Sequence record: NC_028847.1
DNA: 64,000 nt
Strand: one strand, 5' to 3'
Origin: Escherichia phage QL01
The notes below the pieces were generated by a model that was given only the letters and a program-made list of their open reading frames with translations, ran no database searches and had not been told where the DNA came from. Of this stretch, positions 31,876 through 41,672 are shown one piece after another (the stretch's first letter is position 1; each line of letters starts with the position of its first letter). The position numbers were made by a program, and so were the translations under genes.

Positions 31876-33858
31876 ATGGCTTTATTATCACCGGGCATTG
31901 AGCTCAAAGAAACGTCCGTACAGAGTACTGTCGTTCGTAACGCAACGGGTCGTGCAGCGCTGGTTGGTAAATTCCAGTGGGGCCCTGCTTTCCAGGTAAC
32001 TCAGATTACTAATGAAGTTGAACTGGTCGACTTATTTGGAGGTCCTAATAACGAAGTTGCTGATTACTTCATGTCGGGTATGAACTTCCTCCAGTATGGT
32101 AACGACCTTCGTACTGTTCGTGTTGTTAACCGTGAATTCGCTAAAAACGCGTCTCCGGTAGCGGGTAACGTCCAAACCACTATTACTACTGCAGGTTCTA
32201 ACTATGCGGTAGGCGATAAAATTAATATCAAATATAACCAGACTGTTGTTGAATCTGAAGGTCGTGTGACTTCTGTAGATACGGATGGTAAAATTCTTTC
32301 CGTGTTTATCCCATCAGCAAAAATTATTGCTTATGCACGTTCTTTAAACCAGTATCCGAACCTCGGCCCGGCATGGACTGCTGAAGTAACTTCTGCCTCT
32401 TCAGGTGTTTCTGGTACTATTACCGTTGGTAAAATCGTAACCGATTCCGGTATTCTTTTGACCGAAGCAGAGAACAGTGAAGAAGCTATTACTTCCCTAG
32501 AATTCCAAGCGTCTCTTAAACAGTTTGGTATGCCTGGCGTGGTCGCTCTTTATCCTGGTGAAATTGGCAGCACCTTAGAAGTAGAAATTGTTTCTAAAGC
32601 AGCTTATGATGTCGGTTCTTCTAAAATGCTGGATATTTATCCTGGCGGTGGTACCCGTGCTTCTATTGCCAAGGCAGTATTTAACTACGGCCCACAAACA
32701 GATGACCAATACGCAATTATTGTTCGTCGTGATGGCGCTATCGTAGAATCTGTCGTACTTTCTACCAAAGAAGGTGAAAAAGACGTTTACGGTAATAACA
32801 TTTATCTTGACGACTATTTCGCTAAAGGTACTTCTAACTATATTTTTGCTACCTCTTTGAATTGGCCTAAAGGCTTCAGTGGTATCATCAATCTTATGGG
32901 TGGTGTATCTGCTAACGATCAGGTTACTGCGAGTGATTTGATGCAGGGTTGGGATTTGTTTGCCGACCGTGAAGCACTCCATATTAACCTTTTGATTGCT
33001 GGTGCTGTTGCCGGTGAAGGTGATGAAGTTGCTTCTACCGTCCAGAAACACGTTGTTAGTATTGCTGATGAACGTCAGGATTGCTTGGCATTTATTTCTC
33101 CTCCTAAAGGACTGTTGGTTAACGTTCCATTGACTCGTGCAGTAGATAATCTTATCGACTGGCGTACCGGTGCAGGTACTTTCGATACCAACAACATGAA
33201 CATTAGCACCACTTATGCTGCTATTGATGGTAACTATAAATATCAGTATGACAAATATAATGACGTAAACCGTTGGGTGCCTCTGGCCGCTGATATGGCT
33301 GGTTTGTGTGCACGTACTGATGATGTTTCTCAGCCTTGGATGTCTCCGGCAGGTTATAACCGTGGCCAGATTCTTAACGTTCTGAAATTGGCAATTGAAC
33401 CGCGCCAAGCTCAACGTGACCGCATGTACCAAGAAGCTATTAACCCAGTTGTTGGTTTTGCTGGTGGCGATGGTTTCGTATTGTTTGGTGATAAGACTGC
33501 AACCAAAGTTCCATCTCCGATGGACCACATTAACGTTCGCCGTCTGTTCAACATGCTTAAGAAAAATATCGGTGATGCCTCTAAATATAAACTGTTTGAA
33601 TTGAACGACAACTTCACTCGTTCAAGCTTCCGTATGGAAGTTTCTCAGTACTTAGATGGTATTAAGGCACTTGGTGGGATTTATGAAGGACGCGTGGTTT
33701 GTGATACTACAGTGAACACCCCTGCGGTTATTGACCGTAACGAGTTTATTGCTAATATATACATCAAACCGGCGAGATCGATAAATTATATCACTCTTAA
33801 TTTCGTGGCTACTTCTACCGGTGCAGATTTTGACGAGTTGATTGGACCACTAGTTTAA
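31876..33858 (+). CDS. 18: gp18 tail sheath protein
   Basis: 660 aa, synteny and size (T4 gp18 659 aa). Confidence 0.9.
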   Translation: MALLSPGIELKETSVQSTVVRNATGRAALVGKFQWGPAFQVTQITNEVELVDLFGGPNNEVADYFMSGMNFLQYGNDLRTVRVVNREFAKNASPVAGNVQTTITTAGSNYAVGDKINIKYNQTVVESEGRVTSVDTDGKILSVFIPSAKIIAYARSLNQYPNLGPAWTAEVTSASSGVSGTITVGKIVTDSGILLTEAENSEEAITSLEFQASLKQFGMPGVVALYPGEIGSTLEVEIVSKAAYDVGSSKMLDIYPGGGTRASIAKAVFNYGPQTDDQYAIIVRRDGAIVESVVLSTKEGEKDVYGNNIYLDDYFAKGTSNYIFATSLNWPKGFSGIINLMGGVSANDQVTASDLMQGWDLFADREALHINLLIAGAVAGEGDEVASTVQKHVVSIADERQDCLAFISPPKGLLVNVPLTRAVDNLIDWRTGAGTFDTNNMNISTTYAAIDGNYKYQYDKYNDVNRWVPLAADMAGLCARTDDVSQPWMSPAGYNRGQILNVLKLAIEPRQAQRDRMYQEAINPVVGFAGGDGFVLFGDKTATKVPSPMDHINVRRLFNMLKKNIGDASKYKLFELNDNFTRSSFRMEVSQYLDGIKALGGIYEGRVVCDTTVNTPAVIDRNEFIANIYIKPARSINYITLNFVATSTGADFDELIGPLV

Positions 33859-33886
33859 GTTTACTTGCTCTAAGCTTTATGGTATA

Positions 33887-34543
33887 ATGCGCGTATACAC
33901 AATACGCGCAAGGATTTCTAAAGTGATTATTACTAAATTTGTTGATGTAAAAATAAATACTAACAATTACAGTTATTTCTTAGACTTAGGGTATGAGTTG
34001 GAACCTCTAGGAGCACCGAAGCATGGGCATAAGTGCCAAACTATTCGAGCAAAAGTTTCTGATTTAAAGGATGGTTCTAATAAAGAAGTTCAATGTATCT
34101 GCGATAAATGTGGCACAGAATTCAAACAAAGGATTGCTAGAAATACCGATGTATGTTATCCTTGTAGGCGTCATGAAGCTCTTATAGGTAACACCAACGG
34201 TAAAGCTAATAAAGGTAAAACTCTACCTCATATGCAAGGTGAAAACCATCCAAGATGGAACCCTAATAAATCTGAATACTTTGCTTATGCATCAAAGGTT
34301 AGAGCTGTTACTTATGCTTGTAAAGACGAGTGGATGGCTTGGGAAAATGCAGATAAAATAGGGTTATGTGGAGTTGAAGGTGCTTACCAATTAGACCATA
34401 AGGTTTCAGTAGCTTATGGATTCTATAACCATATCCCAGCAGAGATAATTGGACAATTATCAAATTTAGAAATAATCACTTGGGAATCCAATAGAGCTAA
34501 AAGTAAGTCTAGTTCAATAGACTTATGGGACTTACTATCCTAA
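33887..34543 (+). CDS. HNH homing endonuclease (start possibly GTG at 33923)
   Basis: C-terminal motif YQLDHKVSVAYGF...NLEIITWESNRAKS plus CxxC...CxxC zinc-finger; inserted between gp18 and gp19. Confidence 0.65.
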   Translation: MRVYTIRARISKVIITKFVDVKINTNNYSYFLDLGYELEPLGAPKHGHKCQTIRAKVSDLKDGSNKEVQCICDKCGTEFKQRIARNTDVCYPCRRHEALIGNTNGKANKGKTLPHMQGENHPRWNPNKSEYFAYASKVRAVTYACKDEWMAWENADKIGLCGVEGAYQLDHKVSVAYGFYNHIPAEIIGQLSNLEIITWESNRAKSKSSSIDLWDLLS

Positions 34544-34687
34544 ATAAATTATATCTCCTTAATCTATTATCCCAGGCTGTAATATAAAGAACCTAAAACC
34601 ATTATACCATGAGTTTGGTTACAGCGTACATCACGCAGAATTGCGCCTGGGGTTGATTATTCTTTAGGAATATGATTTATCAACTGT

Positions 34688-34695
34688 TATAAATA
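34688..34695 (+). promoter_or_regulatory. late promoter TATAAATA for gp19
   Basis: exact TATAAATA about 52 nt upstream of gp19 ATG. Confidence 0.55.
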
Positions 34696-34747
34696 AATTA
34701 ATCAGAACGTTCCTGGTGTGTCCAGGAACTGACTTAAGAGGCATCCC

Positions 34748-35239
34748 ATGGAGTTGACAGATATCACTCGTGCATTTGAGTCAGGTGACTTTGCACGCCC
34801 TAACCTTTTCGAAGTGGAAATTCCATTTCTTGGTAAAAACTTTAGCTTTAAATGTAAAGCAGCACCAATGCCTGCTGGCATTGTAGAAAAAGTACCGGTT
34901 GGCTACATGAACCGTAAAATTAACGTAGCTGGTGACCGTACGTTTGATGATTGGACAATTACCATTTATAACGATGATGCACATGACACCCGTCAAGCAA
35001 TTGTCGATTGGCAGAATCTCTGTCACGGTATGACCAATGAAATTACCGGTGCAGCACCTGCAGAATATAAGAAACAAGCAGTAGTTCGCCAGTTCCATCG
35101 TGACGGCAAGACTGTGACCAAAGAAGTTACAATTTACGGCTTATGGCCTACTAACGTTGGTGAAGTCCAGATGGACTGGGACTCGAATAACGAGGTAGAA
35201 ACATTTGAAAGCACATTTGCTATTGACTGGTGGGAATAA
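34748..35239 (+). CDS. 19: gp19 tail tube protein
   Basis: 163 aa, same size as T4 gp19. Confidence 0.9.
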   Translation: MELTDITRAFESGDFARPNLFEVEIPFLGKNFSFKCKAAPMPAGIVEKVPVGYMNRKINVAGDRTFDDWTITIYNDDAHDTRQAIVDWQNLCHGMTNEITGAAPAEYKKQAVVRQFHRDGKTVTKEVTIYGLWPTNVGEVQMDWDSNNEVETFESTFAIDWWE

Positions 35240-35268
35240 GTTTTTACTTTTATAGCAAATTATGATAG

Positions 35269-35276
35269 TATAAATA
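35269..35276 (+). promoter_or_regulatory. late promoter TATAAATA upstream of GIY-YIG endonuclease gene
   Basis: exact TATAAATA about 30 nt upstream of ATG at 35307. Confidence 0.5.
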
Positions 35277-35306
35277 CATTCAAACAATGAAGTCAAGGAG
35301 TTTAGA

Positions 35307-35888
35307 ATGTATTGTACTTACTTAACCATATACACGGGGTCTAAACTACCCCGTCGTTATATTGGCTCAACATACGTTGAAAGGATTCTCAAAGAAGGAT
35401 ATAATGGTTCTGTATTATCCCAAGCATATAAAAAGATTTGGAATCTAGAACGTAAAGAAAATCCGCACCTTTTCAAAACCAGAATTTTATCTTTATTTGA
35501 AACCGATAAAGAAGCTCGTATAGCTGAGAAAGAGCTTCAAATAAAGTATAATGTAGTTAAATCTAAAAACTATATAAATATGTCATTAGCTCAGCCTGAC
35601 GGGTTCTTTGGAATGTCTCGTAAAGGGATTCCAATGAGTGAACATGCCAAACAGCTACAAAGAGATTGTAGGTTAGGTAAAAAGAGGCCTGAACATTCTA
35701 AAGCTCTAAAAGGACGTAAGCGACCAGACCAAGCCAAAGCTATGTCTGGTGAAGGTAATCCGATGTTTGGTAAAGAACATCCGGCTAAAGGCAAAAAGAT
35801 TAATCAGCCAAGGATGATTTGCCCTATCTGTGGTGTTGAATCAACTCGTTCGGCTATAACACGTTATCACAAACATGAAAATGAATGA
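35307..35888 (+). CDS. GIY-YIG homing endonuclease (Seg-like)
   Basis: N-terminal YLTIYTGSKLPRRYIGST GIY-YIG motif; repeated NUMOD3-like K/R-rich motifs; inserted between gp19 and gp20. Confidence 0.75.
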   Translation: MYCTYLTIYTGSKLPRRYIGSTYVERILKEGYNGSVLSQAYKKIWNLERKENPHLFKTRILSLFETDKEARIAEKELQIKYNVVKSKNYINMSLAQPDGFFGMSRKGIPMSEHAKQLQRDCRLGKKRPEHSKALKGRKRPDQAKAMSGEGNPMFGKEHPAKGKKINQPRMICPICGVESTRSAITRYHKHENE

Positions 35889-35889
35889 G

Positions 35890-35897
35890 TATAAATA
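35890..35897 (+). promoter_or_regulatory. late promoter TATAAATA for gp20
   Basis: exact TATAAATA just after the endonuclease stop codon. Confidence 0.55.
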
Positions 35898-35945
35898 GAA
35901 TTATCAAGGAGCTTCGGCTCCTTATCCCATTCATCGGAGACTCTA

Positions 35946-37520
35946 ATGGCAAACTTTAATACAATATTAAGTTTTCTTAAGCCATGGGCTAATGAAGACG
36001 AAAAAGAATATAAACAACAAATTAATAACAATTTAGAGTCTGTCACCGCACCTAAGCTTGATGATGGCGCTCGCGAAATTGAGACACAAGAGCAAAATAT
36101 TCCTTATAATGCTCTTATGCAACAGATGTTTGGTAGTAATGAGCCTGAAGTTAAAAATACCAGGGAACTTATTGATACCTACCGTAATTTAATGAACAAC
36201 TATGAAGTCGACAACGCCGTACAGGAAATTGTGTCTGACGCTATTGTCTATGAGGATGATAAAGAAGTAGTTGCATTGAATTTAGACGGGACAGAATTTA
36301 GTCAAGCAATTAAAGATAAAATCTTGGCCGAATTCAGTGAAGTTTTAAACCTTTTAAATTTCCAACGTAAAGGTACTGACCATTTCCAACGCTGGTATGT
36401 AGACTCAAGAATTTTCTTTCATAAAATTATAAACCCTAAAAAAATGAAAGATGGCGTACAAGAGCTTCGTCGCTTAGACCCACGCCAAGTCCAATATATT
36501 CGTGAAATCGTTACACGTATGGAAGATGGCGTTAAAGTTGTAGACGGATATCGCGAGTTTTTCGTTTATGATACAGGCCATGAAAGTTATTGCGCTGATG
36601 GACGCATTTATTCAGCCGGGACTAAAGTTAAAATTCCTCGTGCTGCAGTGGTTTATGCTCATTCTGGATTATTAGATTGTTGTGGTAAAAACATCATTGG
36701 CTATTTGCAACGTGCTATTAAGCCTGCAAACCAGCTTAAATTGATGGAAGACGCAATGGTCATCTACCGTATTACACGTGCTCCTGACCGTCGTGTGTTT
36801 TATATCGATACAGGTAATATGCCTTCACGTAAGGCTGCAGCACAAATGCAACATATCATGAACACGATGAAAAACCGTGTGGTGTATGATGCTTCGACAG
36901 GTAAAATTAAAAACCAACAACACAATATGTCCATGACTGAAGACTATTGGTTGCAACGTCGTGATGGTAAAGCGGTAACAGAAGTTGATACAATGCCAGG
37001 TGCTACTGGTATGAGTGATATGGATGACGTTCTTTATTTCCGCACAGCACTTTACCGTGCGTTGCGTGTTCCTGAATCACGTATCCCTAGCGAGTCTAAT
37101 TCTGGTGTTATGTTTGATGCCGGTACAGCAATCACTCGTGACGAATTAAAATTCTCTAAATGGATTCGTCAACTACAAAACAAATTTGAAGAAATTTTCC
37201 TAGACCCGTTAAAAACAAACCTCATTCTTAAAAAGATTATTACAGAAGATGAGTGGGAAAAGGAAATAAATAATATTAAAGTTACGTTTAACCGTGATAG
37301 CTATTTCAGTGAAATGAAAGATGCTGAAATCATGGAACGCAGAATCAATATGCTAACGATGGCTGAACCATTTATTGGTAAGTATATTTCACATCAAACG
37401 GCTATGAAAGATTTCCTCCAAATGACCGACGAAGAAATTAATCAAGAAGCTAAGCAAATTGAAGAAGAGTCTAAAGAGGCTCGTTTCCAAAACCCAGATG
37501 AAGAAGAAGAGGATTTCTAA
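35946..37520 (+). CDS. 20: gp20 portal vertex protein
   Basis: 524 aa, same size as T4 gp20. Confidence 0.9.
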   Translation: MANFNTILSFLKPWANEDEKEYKQQINNNLESVTAPKLDDGAREIETQEQNIPYNALMQQMFGSNEPEVKNTRELIDTYRNLMNNYEVDNAVQEIVSDAIVYEDDKEVVALNLDGTEFSQAIKDKILAEFSEVLNLLNFQRKGTDHFQRWYVDSRIFFHKIINPKKMKDGVQELRRLDPRQVQYIREIVTRMEDGVKVVDGYREFFVYDTGHESYCADGRIYSAGTKVKIPRAAVVYAHSGLLDCCGKNIIGYLQRAIKPANQLKLMEDAMVIYRITRAPDRRVFYIDTGNMPSRKAAAQMQHIMNTMKNRVVYDASTGKIKNQQHNMSMTEDYWLQRRDGKAVTEVDTMPGATGMSDMDDVLYFRTALYRALRVPESRIPSESNSGVMFDAGTAITRDELKFSKWIRQLQNKFEEIFLDPLKTNLILKKIITEDEWEKEINNIKVTFNRDSYFSEMKDAEIMERRINMLTMAEPFIGKYISHQTAMKDFLQMTDEEINQEAKQIEEESKEARFQNPDEEEEDF

Positions 37521-37765
37521 TGGAAGATTTAATCGAAGCTATTAAATCAAACGACCTCGTAGCAGTTCGTAAAGCAGCAGCCCCGCTTATCGAATCTCGA
37601 GTAACCGCTTTGATTGAAGCCCGTAAAGCAGAAATTGCTCGCTCCGTTATGATTGAAGGCGAAGAAGCTGACGAAGATGACGAAGACGACGAAAAATCCG
37701 ATAAAGCAGATAAGAAAGACAAAAAAGAATCTGACGATGCGGATGATGACGAGGACGACGAATAA
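37520..37765 (+). CDS. 67: gp67 prohead core protein
   Basis: 81 aa acidic protein between gp20 and gp68. Confidence 0.75.
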   Translation: MEDLIEAIKSNDLVAVRKAAAPLIESRVTALIEARKAEIARSVMIEGEEADEDDEDDEKSDKADKKDKKESDDADDDEDDE

Positions 37766-38193
37766 TGTTCCTTATCCCTGATGATTACGAATTAACTCTA
37801 GAAAGCGTAGAGGCCAAAATTCCAGAAGCACAGGGACGTTTTGCTGCTCTTTCTGAAGCGCTCGAGAAAAGCGATATAAATAATCTTGTAGAGAACATGA
37901 TTGCTGAAGGCGATATCGAATGTGCTATCGCTCTTGGTTCTTTAAATGAATCAATGGCTCTTAACGAATTTATCGTTAAACACGTTTCCTCTAAAGGTGA
38001 GCTTACTCGTACTAAAGATATTAAAACCCGTCAACGTAATGCGTTCCAAACGACAGGTTTATCTAAAGCAAAACGCCGTCAGATTGCTCGTAAAGCATCT
38101 AAAACCAAACGTGCTAATCCGTCTACTCAAGTACGTGCCGAACGTAAGCGTAAGAAAGCCCGTTCTAAACGTAAAGCTTTTGGACTTAACTAA
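37765..38193 (+). CDS. 68: gp68 prohead core protein
   Basis: 142 aa with basic C-terminus. Confidence 0.75.
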   Translation: MFLIPDDYELTLESVEAKIPEAQGRFAALSEALEKSDINNLVENMIAEGDIECAIALGSLNESMALNEFIVKHVSSKGELTRTKDIKTRQRNAFQTTGLSKAKRRQIARKASKTKRANPSTQVRAERKRKKARSKRKAFGLN

Positions 38194-38828
38194 TGAAACC
38201 TGAATTGCTCATCGAACATTGGGGACAACCAGGTGAAATTATCGATGGGGTTCCTATGTTGGAATCTCATGATGGAAAAAATTCTGGGCTTGCTCCCGGC
38301 CTTTATATAGAAGGCATTTTCATGCAAGCAGAGGTAGTTAACCGTAATAAACGCCTTTACCCAAAACCTATTTTGGAAAAAGCCGTTGCCGATTATATGG
38401 CAGAACAGGTTGCTACTAAACAAGCTTTAGGAGAATTAAACCACCCACCTCGTGCTAACGTTGACCCTATGCAAGCTGCTATCATTATTGAAGATATGTG
38501 GTGGAAAGGTAATGATGTTTATGGACGTGCACGTATCATCGAAGGTGACCATGGCCCTGGTGATAAACTAGCTGCAAATATCCGAGCTGGCTGGGTTCCT
38601 GGTGTTAGTTCTCGCGGTCTTGGTTCTTTAACTGAAACCAATAAAGGATATAAGCGTGTAAACGAAGGTTATAAATTAACCGTCGGTGTTGATGCAGTAT
38701 GGGGACCATCTGCTCCTGATGCTTATGTAACTCCGAAGCAAATTACAGAATCACAAACGGTAGAAACCGATACCAGTGCCGATGACGCCTTTATGGCTCT
38801 CGCAGAGGCCATGAAAAAAGCGTTATAA
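38193..38828 (+). CDS. 21: gp21 prohead core protease
   Basis: 211 aa, synteny and size (T4 gp21 212 aa). Confidence 0.85.
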   Translation: MKPELLIEHWGQPGEIIDGVPMLESHDGKNSGLAPGLYIEGIFMQAEVVNRNKRLYPKPILEKAVADYMAEQVATKQALGELNHPPRANVDPMQAAIIIEDMWWKGNDVYGRARIIEGDHGPGDKLAANIRAGWVPGVSSRGLGSLTETNKGYKRVNEGYKLTVGVDAVWGPSAPDAYVTPKQITESQTVETDTSADDAFMALAEAMKKAL

Positions 38829-38831
38829 ATA
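38824..38831 (+). promoter_or_regulatory. late promoter TATAAATA for gp22
   Basis: exact TATAAATA overlapping gp21 stop. Confidence 0.55.
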
Positions 38832-38858
38832 TTATTATCTAAACAACAGGACTACAAA

Positions 38859-39674
38859 ATGCTTAAAGAACAACTGATCGCCGAAGCACAGAATATTGAT
38901 GCTTCCGTTGCTCTTGACAGTATTTTCGAATCAGTTAATATTTCTCCGGAAGCAAAAGAAACTTTCGGCACTGTATTCGAAGCTACCGTCAAGCAACACG
39001 CCGTGAAACTGGCTGAATCTCACATCGCTAAAATCGCTGAAAAAGCGGAAGAAGAAGTCGAGAAAAATAAAGAAGAAGCTGAAGAAAAAGCCGATAAGAA
39101 AATCCAAGAAGCTGCCGGTCGTTTCCTTGACCACGTTGCTAAAGAATGGATGGCTGAAAACCAGCTGGCTGTTGATAAAGGTATTAAAGCCGAACTGTTC
39201 GAATCCATGTTGATGGGTATGAAAGAACTGTTTGTTGAACACAATGTGGTTGTTCCAGAAGAAGCAGTAGATGTTGTTGCTGAAATGGAAGAAGAACTCC
39301 AAGAGCAGAAAGATGAAACCGCTCGTCTGTTCGAAGAAGTTGGTAAGCGCGACGCGTATATTAATTACGTACAGCGTGAAGTTGCTGTTACGGAAGCAAC
39401 TAAAGACCTGACTGAATCCCAAAAAGAAAAAGTTAGTTCTCTGGTAGAAGGCATGGATTATTCCGATGCATTCGGTAGAAAAATTGGCGCTATTGTTGAA
39501 ATGGTTAAAGGTCAGTCTGACGTTGAAAACCCAATCACCGAAGCCGCTATAAATAAAAATGTAGACGATGCTGCGGCACTGAATTACATTTCAGAAGCAG
39601 TTGAAGAAAAAGGCGCTAAGCCTACCCTGTCCTTCGCGGACCTGTCTGCAATCGCAGCATCACGAATTTCTTAA
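38859..39674 (+). CDS. 22: gp22 prohead core scaffold protein
   Basis: 271 aa, Glu/Lys/Ala-rich helical protein. Confidence 0.85.
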   Translation: MLKEQLIAEAQNIDASVALDSIFESVNISPEAKETFGTVFEATVKQHAVKLAESHIAKIAEKAEEEVEKNKEEAEEKADKKIQEAAGRFLDHVAKEWMAENQLAVDKGIKAELFESMLMGMKELFVEHNVVVPEEAVDVVAEMEEELQEQKDETARLFEEVGKRDAYINYVQREVAVTEATKDLTESQKEKVSSLVEGMDYSDAFGRKIGAIVEMVKGQSDVENPITEAAINKNVDDAAALNYISEAVEEKGAKPTLSFADLSAIAASRIS

Positions 39675-39695
39675 TTTAATAAGGTTATACAACAC

Positions 39696-41255
39696 ATGAA
39701 AAAGAATGCATTAGTTCAAAAATGGTCCGCTCTGCTGGAAAACGAAGCCCTTCCTGAAATCGTGGGTGCTTCTAAACAAGCTATCATCGCTAAAATTTTC
39801 GAAAACCAGGAACAAGACATCCTGACTGCTCCGGAATACCGTGATGAAAAAATCTCTGAAGCATTTGGTTCTTTCCTGACCGAAGCTGAAATTGGTGGTG
39901 ACCACGGTTATGATGCTACCAATATCGCAGCTGGCCAGACTTCTGGTGCTGTAACTCAGATTGGGCCGGCAGTAATGGGTATGGTTCGTCGTGCTATTCC
40001 TCATCTGATTGCTTTTGATATTTGTGGTGTTCAGCCTCTGAATAACCCTACCGGCCAGGTATTTGCCCTTCGTGCAGTTTATGGTAAAGACCCTATCGCT
40101 TCTGGCGCTAAAGAAGCTTTCCATCCGATGTATTCTCCAGACGCTATGTTCTCTGGTCAGGGTGCTGCTGAAACTTTCGAAGCACTGGCTGCAAGCAAAG
40201 TTCTGGAAGTTGGTAAAATTTATTCTCACTTCTTCGAAGCTACCGGTGCTGCACACTTCCAGGCTGTCGAAGCCGTAACCGTTGATGCTGCTGCTACTGA
40301 TGCCGCTAAACTGGATGCTGCTGTTACCGCTTTGATTGAAGCTGGTAAGTTGGCTGAATTGGCTGAAGGTATGGCTACTTCTATCGCTGAACTTCAGGAA
40401 GGCTTTAACGGTTCTACCGATAACCCGTGGAACGAAATGGGCTTCCGCATCGACAAACAAGTTATCGAAGCTAAATCCCGTCAGCTGAAAGCAAGCTACT
40501 CTATCGAACTGGCACAGGACCTTCGTGCAGTACACGGTATGGATGCAGATGCTGAACTGTCCGGTATCCTTGCTACCGAAATTATGCTCGAAATCAACCG
40601 TGAAGTTATCGATTGGATTAACTACTCTGCACAGGTTGGTAAATCTGGTATGACCAACACCGTTGGCGCTAAAGCTGGTGTGTTTGACTTCCAGGACCCG
40701 ATTGATATCCGTGGTGCTCGTTGGGCCGGTGAGAGCTTTAAAGCCCTTCTGTTCCAGATTGATAAAGAAGCAGCCGAAATCGCTCGTCAGACCGGTCGTG
40801 GTGCTGGTAACTTCATCATCGCTTCCCGTAACGTAGTTAACGTACTGGCTGCAGTTGATACTTCTGTAAGTTATGCAGCTCAAGGTCTGGGTCAAGGTTT
40901 CAACGTTGACACAACCAAAGCAGTATTTGCCGGTGTTCTTGGTGGTAAATATCGCGTTTACATCGACCAGTATGCACGTTCCGATTACTTCACCATCGGT
41001 TATAAAGGCGCTAACGAAATGGACGCAGGTATCTACTATGCTCCGTACGTTGCACTGACCCCGCTGCGTGGTTCCGATCCGAAGAACTTCCAACCGGTAA
41101 TGGGCTTCAAAACTCGTTACGGTATCGGTATCAACCCGTTCGCTGACCCTGCTGCTCAGGCTCCTACCAAACGTATCCAGAATGGTATGCCTGACATCGT
41201 TAACAGCCTTGGTCTGAATGGTTACTTCCGTCGCGTATATGTTAAAGGTATCTAA
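39696..41255 (+). CDS. 23: gp23 major capsid protein
   Basis: 519 aa; long stretches match recalled T4 gp23 (e.g. LPEIVGASKQAIIAKIFENQE, GYFRRVYVKGI C-terminus). Confidence 0.95.
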   Translation: MKKNALVQKWSALLENEALPEIVGASKQAIIAKIFENQEQDILTAPEYRDEKISEAFGSFLTEAEIGGDHGYDATNIAAGQTSGAVTQIGPAVMGMVRRAIPHLIAFDICGVQPLNNPTGQVFALRAVYGKDPIASGAKEAFHPMYSPDAMFSGQGAAETFEALAASKVLEVGKIYSHFFEATGAAHFQAVEAVTVDAAATDAAKLDAAVTALIEAGKLAELAEGMATSIAELQEGFNGSTDNPWNEMGFRIDKQVIEAKSRQLKASYSIELAQDLRAVHGMDADAELSGILATEIMLEINREVIDWINYSAQVGKSGMTNTVGAKAGVFDFQDPIDIRGARWAGESFKALLFQIDKEAAEIARQTGRGAGNFIIASRNVVNVLAAVDTSVSYAAQGLGQGFNVDTTKAVFAGVLGGKYRVYIDQYARSDYFTIGYKGANEMDAGIYYAPYVALTPLRGSDPKNFQPVMGFKTRYGIGINPFADPAAQAPTKRIQNGMPDIVNSLGLNGYFRRVYVKGI

Positions 41256-41271
41256 GATATAACCTTATTAT

Positions 41272-41300
41272 GGGAGACTTCGGTCTCCCATTCTTGTTTC
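41272..41300 (+). terminator. intrinsic terminator after gp23
   Basis: gggagacttcggtctccc hairpin (UUCG loop) followed by attcttgtttc. Confidence 0.55.
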
Positions 41301-41304
41301 TGTA

Positions 41305-41571
41305 TTATGCAATCTTAACTCGGCGGTTGATGATATCACGGAAGTCAATACGATTTTCTTGGATTTTCAGCCAGTTACCAGATTTGTCTTTGGTATGGGT
41401 AGAGTATTCACCGTTCCACCAGAAGTCGGTAGCATAAGCCATGGCTTCGTATTTCTTAACTAAGGCATTCACTGCATTACCATTAGGATTGTTACCGAAT
41501 TTTTCTACCAGAGCTTTGATGTCTTTATCAAGAGCGGAAAGAGTAGTACGAATAAAGTTTAACTTGTTCAT
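41305..41571 (-). CDS. hypothetical protein, early-promoter driven, antisense to the late block
   Basis: ORF 41305..41586 trimmed to second ATG with AGGAG RBS; early promoter cassette upstream. Confidence 0.5.
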   Translation of the reverse strand: MNKLNFIRTTLSALDKDIKALVEKFGNNPNGNAVNALVKKYEAMAYATDFWWNGEYSTHTKDKSGNWLKIQENRIDFRDIINRRVKIA

Positions 41572-41600
41572 TTTTAATCTCCTCATGTTTTGATAGGTCT

Positions 41601-41630
41601 ATAGTAACATGTGAGAATCTTGCTGTAAAC
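41601..41630 (-). promoter_or_regulatory. T4-type early promoter cassette, copy 4
   Basis: GTTTAC ... TACTAT agacctatcaaaac on minus strand. Confidence 0.5.
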
Positions 41631-41636
41631 AACTTT

Positions 41637-41644
41637 TATAAATA
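41637..41644 (+). promoter_or_regulatory. late promoter TATAAATA for gp24
   Basis: exact TATAAATA about 29 nt upstream of gp24 ATG. Confidence 0.55.
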
Positions 41645-41672
41645 AACATATACCCTCAATAAGGAAAGCGCA

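Noticed and set aside
32575-33528. 317-aa minus-strand ORF inside gp18
   Set aside because: Antisense to the tail sheath gene with no start context; translation has no recognisable features.
38931-39422. 163-aa minus-strand ORF inside gp22 (and shorter one at 39020..39244)
   Set aside because: Antisense to the scaffold gene; Phe-rich mirror of a Glu/Lys-rich coding sequence.
39711-41093. 460-aa minus-strand ORF inside gp23
   Set aside because: Lies entirely antisense within the major capsid gene; low-complexity translation; typical spurious antisense ORF of a highly expressed gene.
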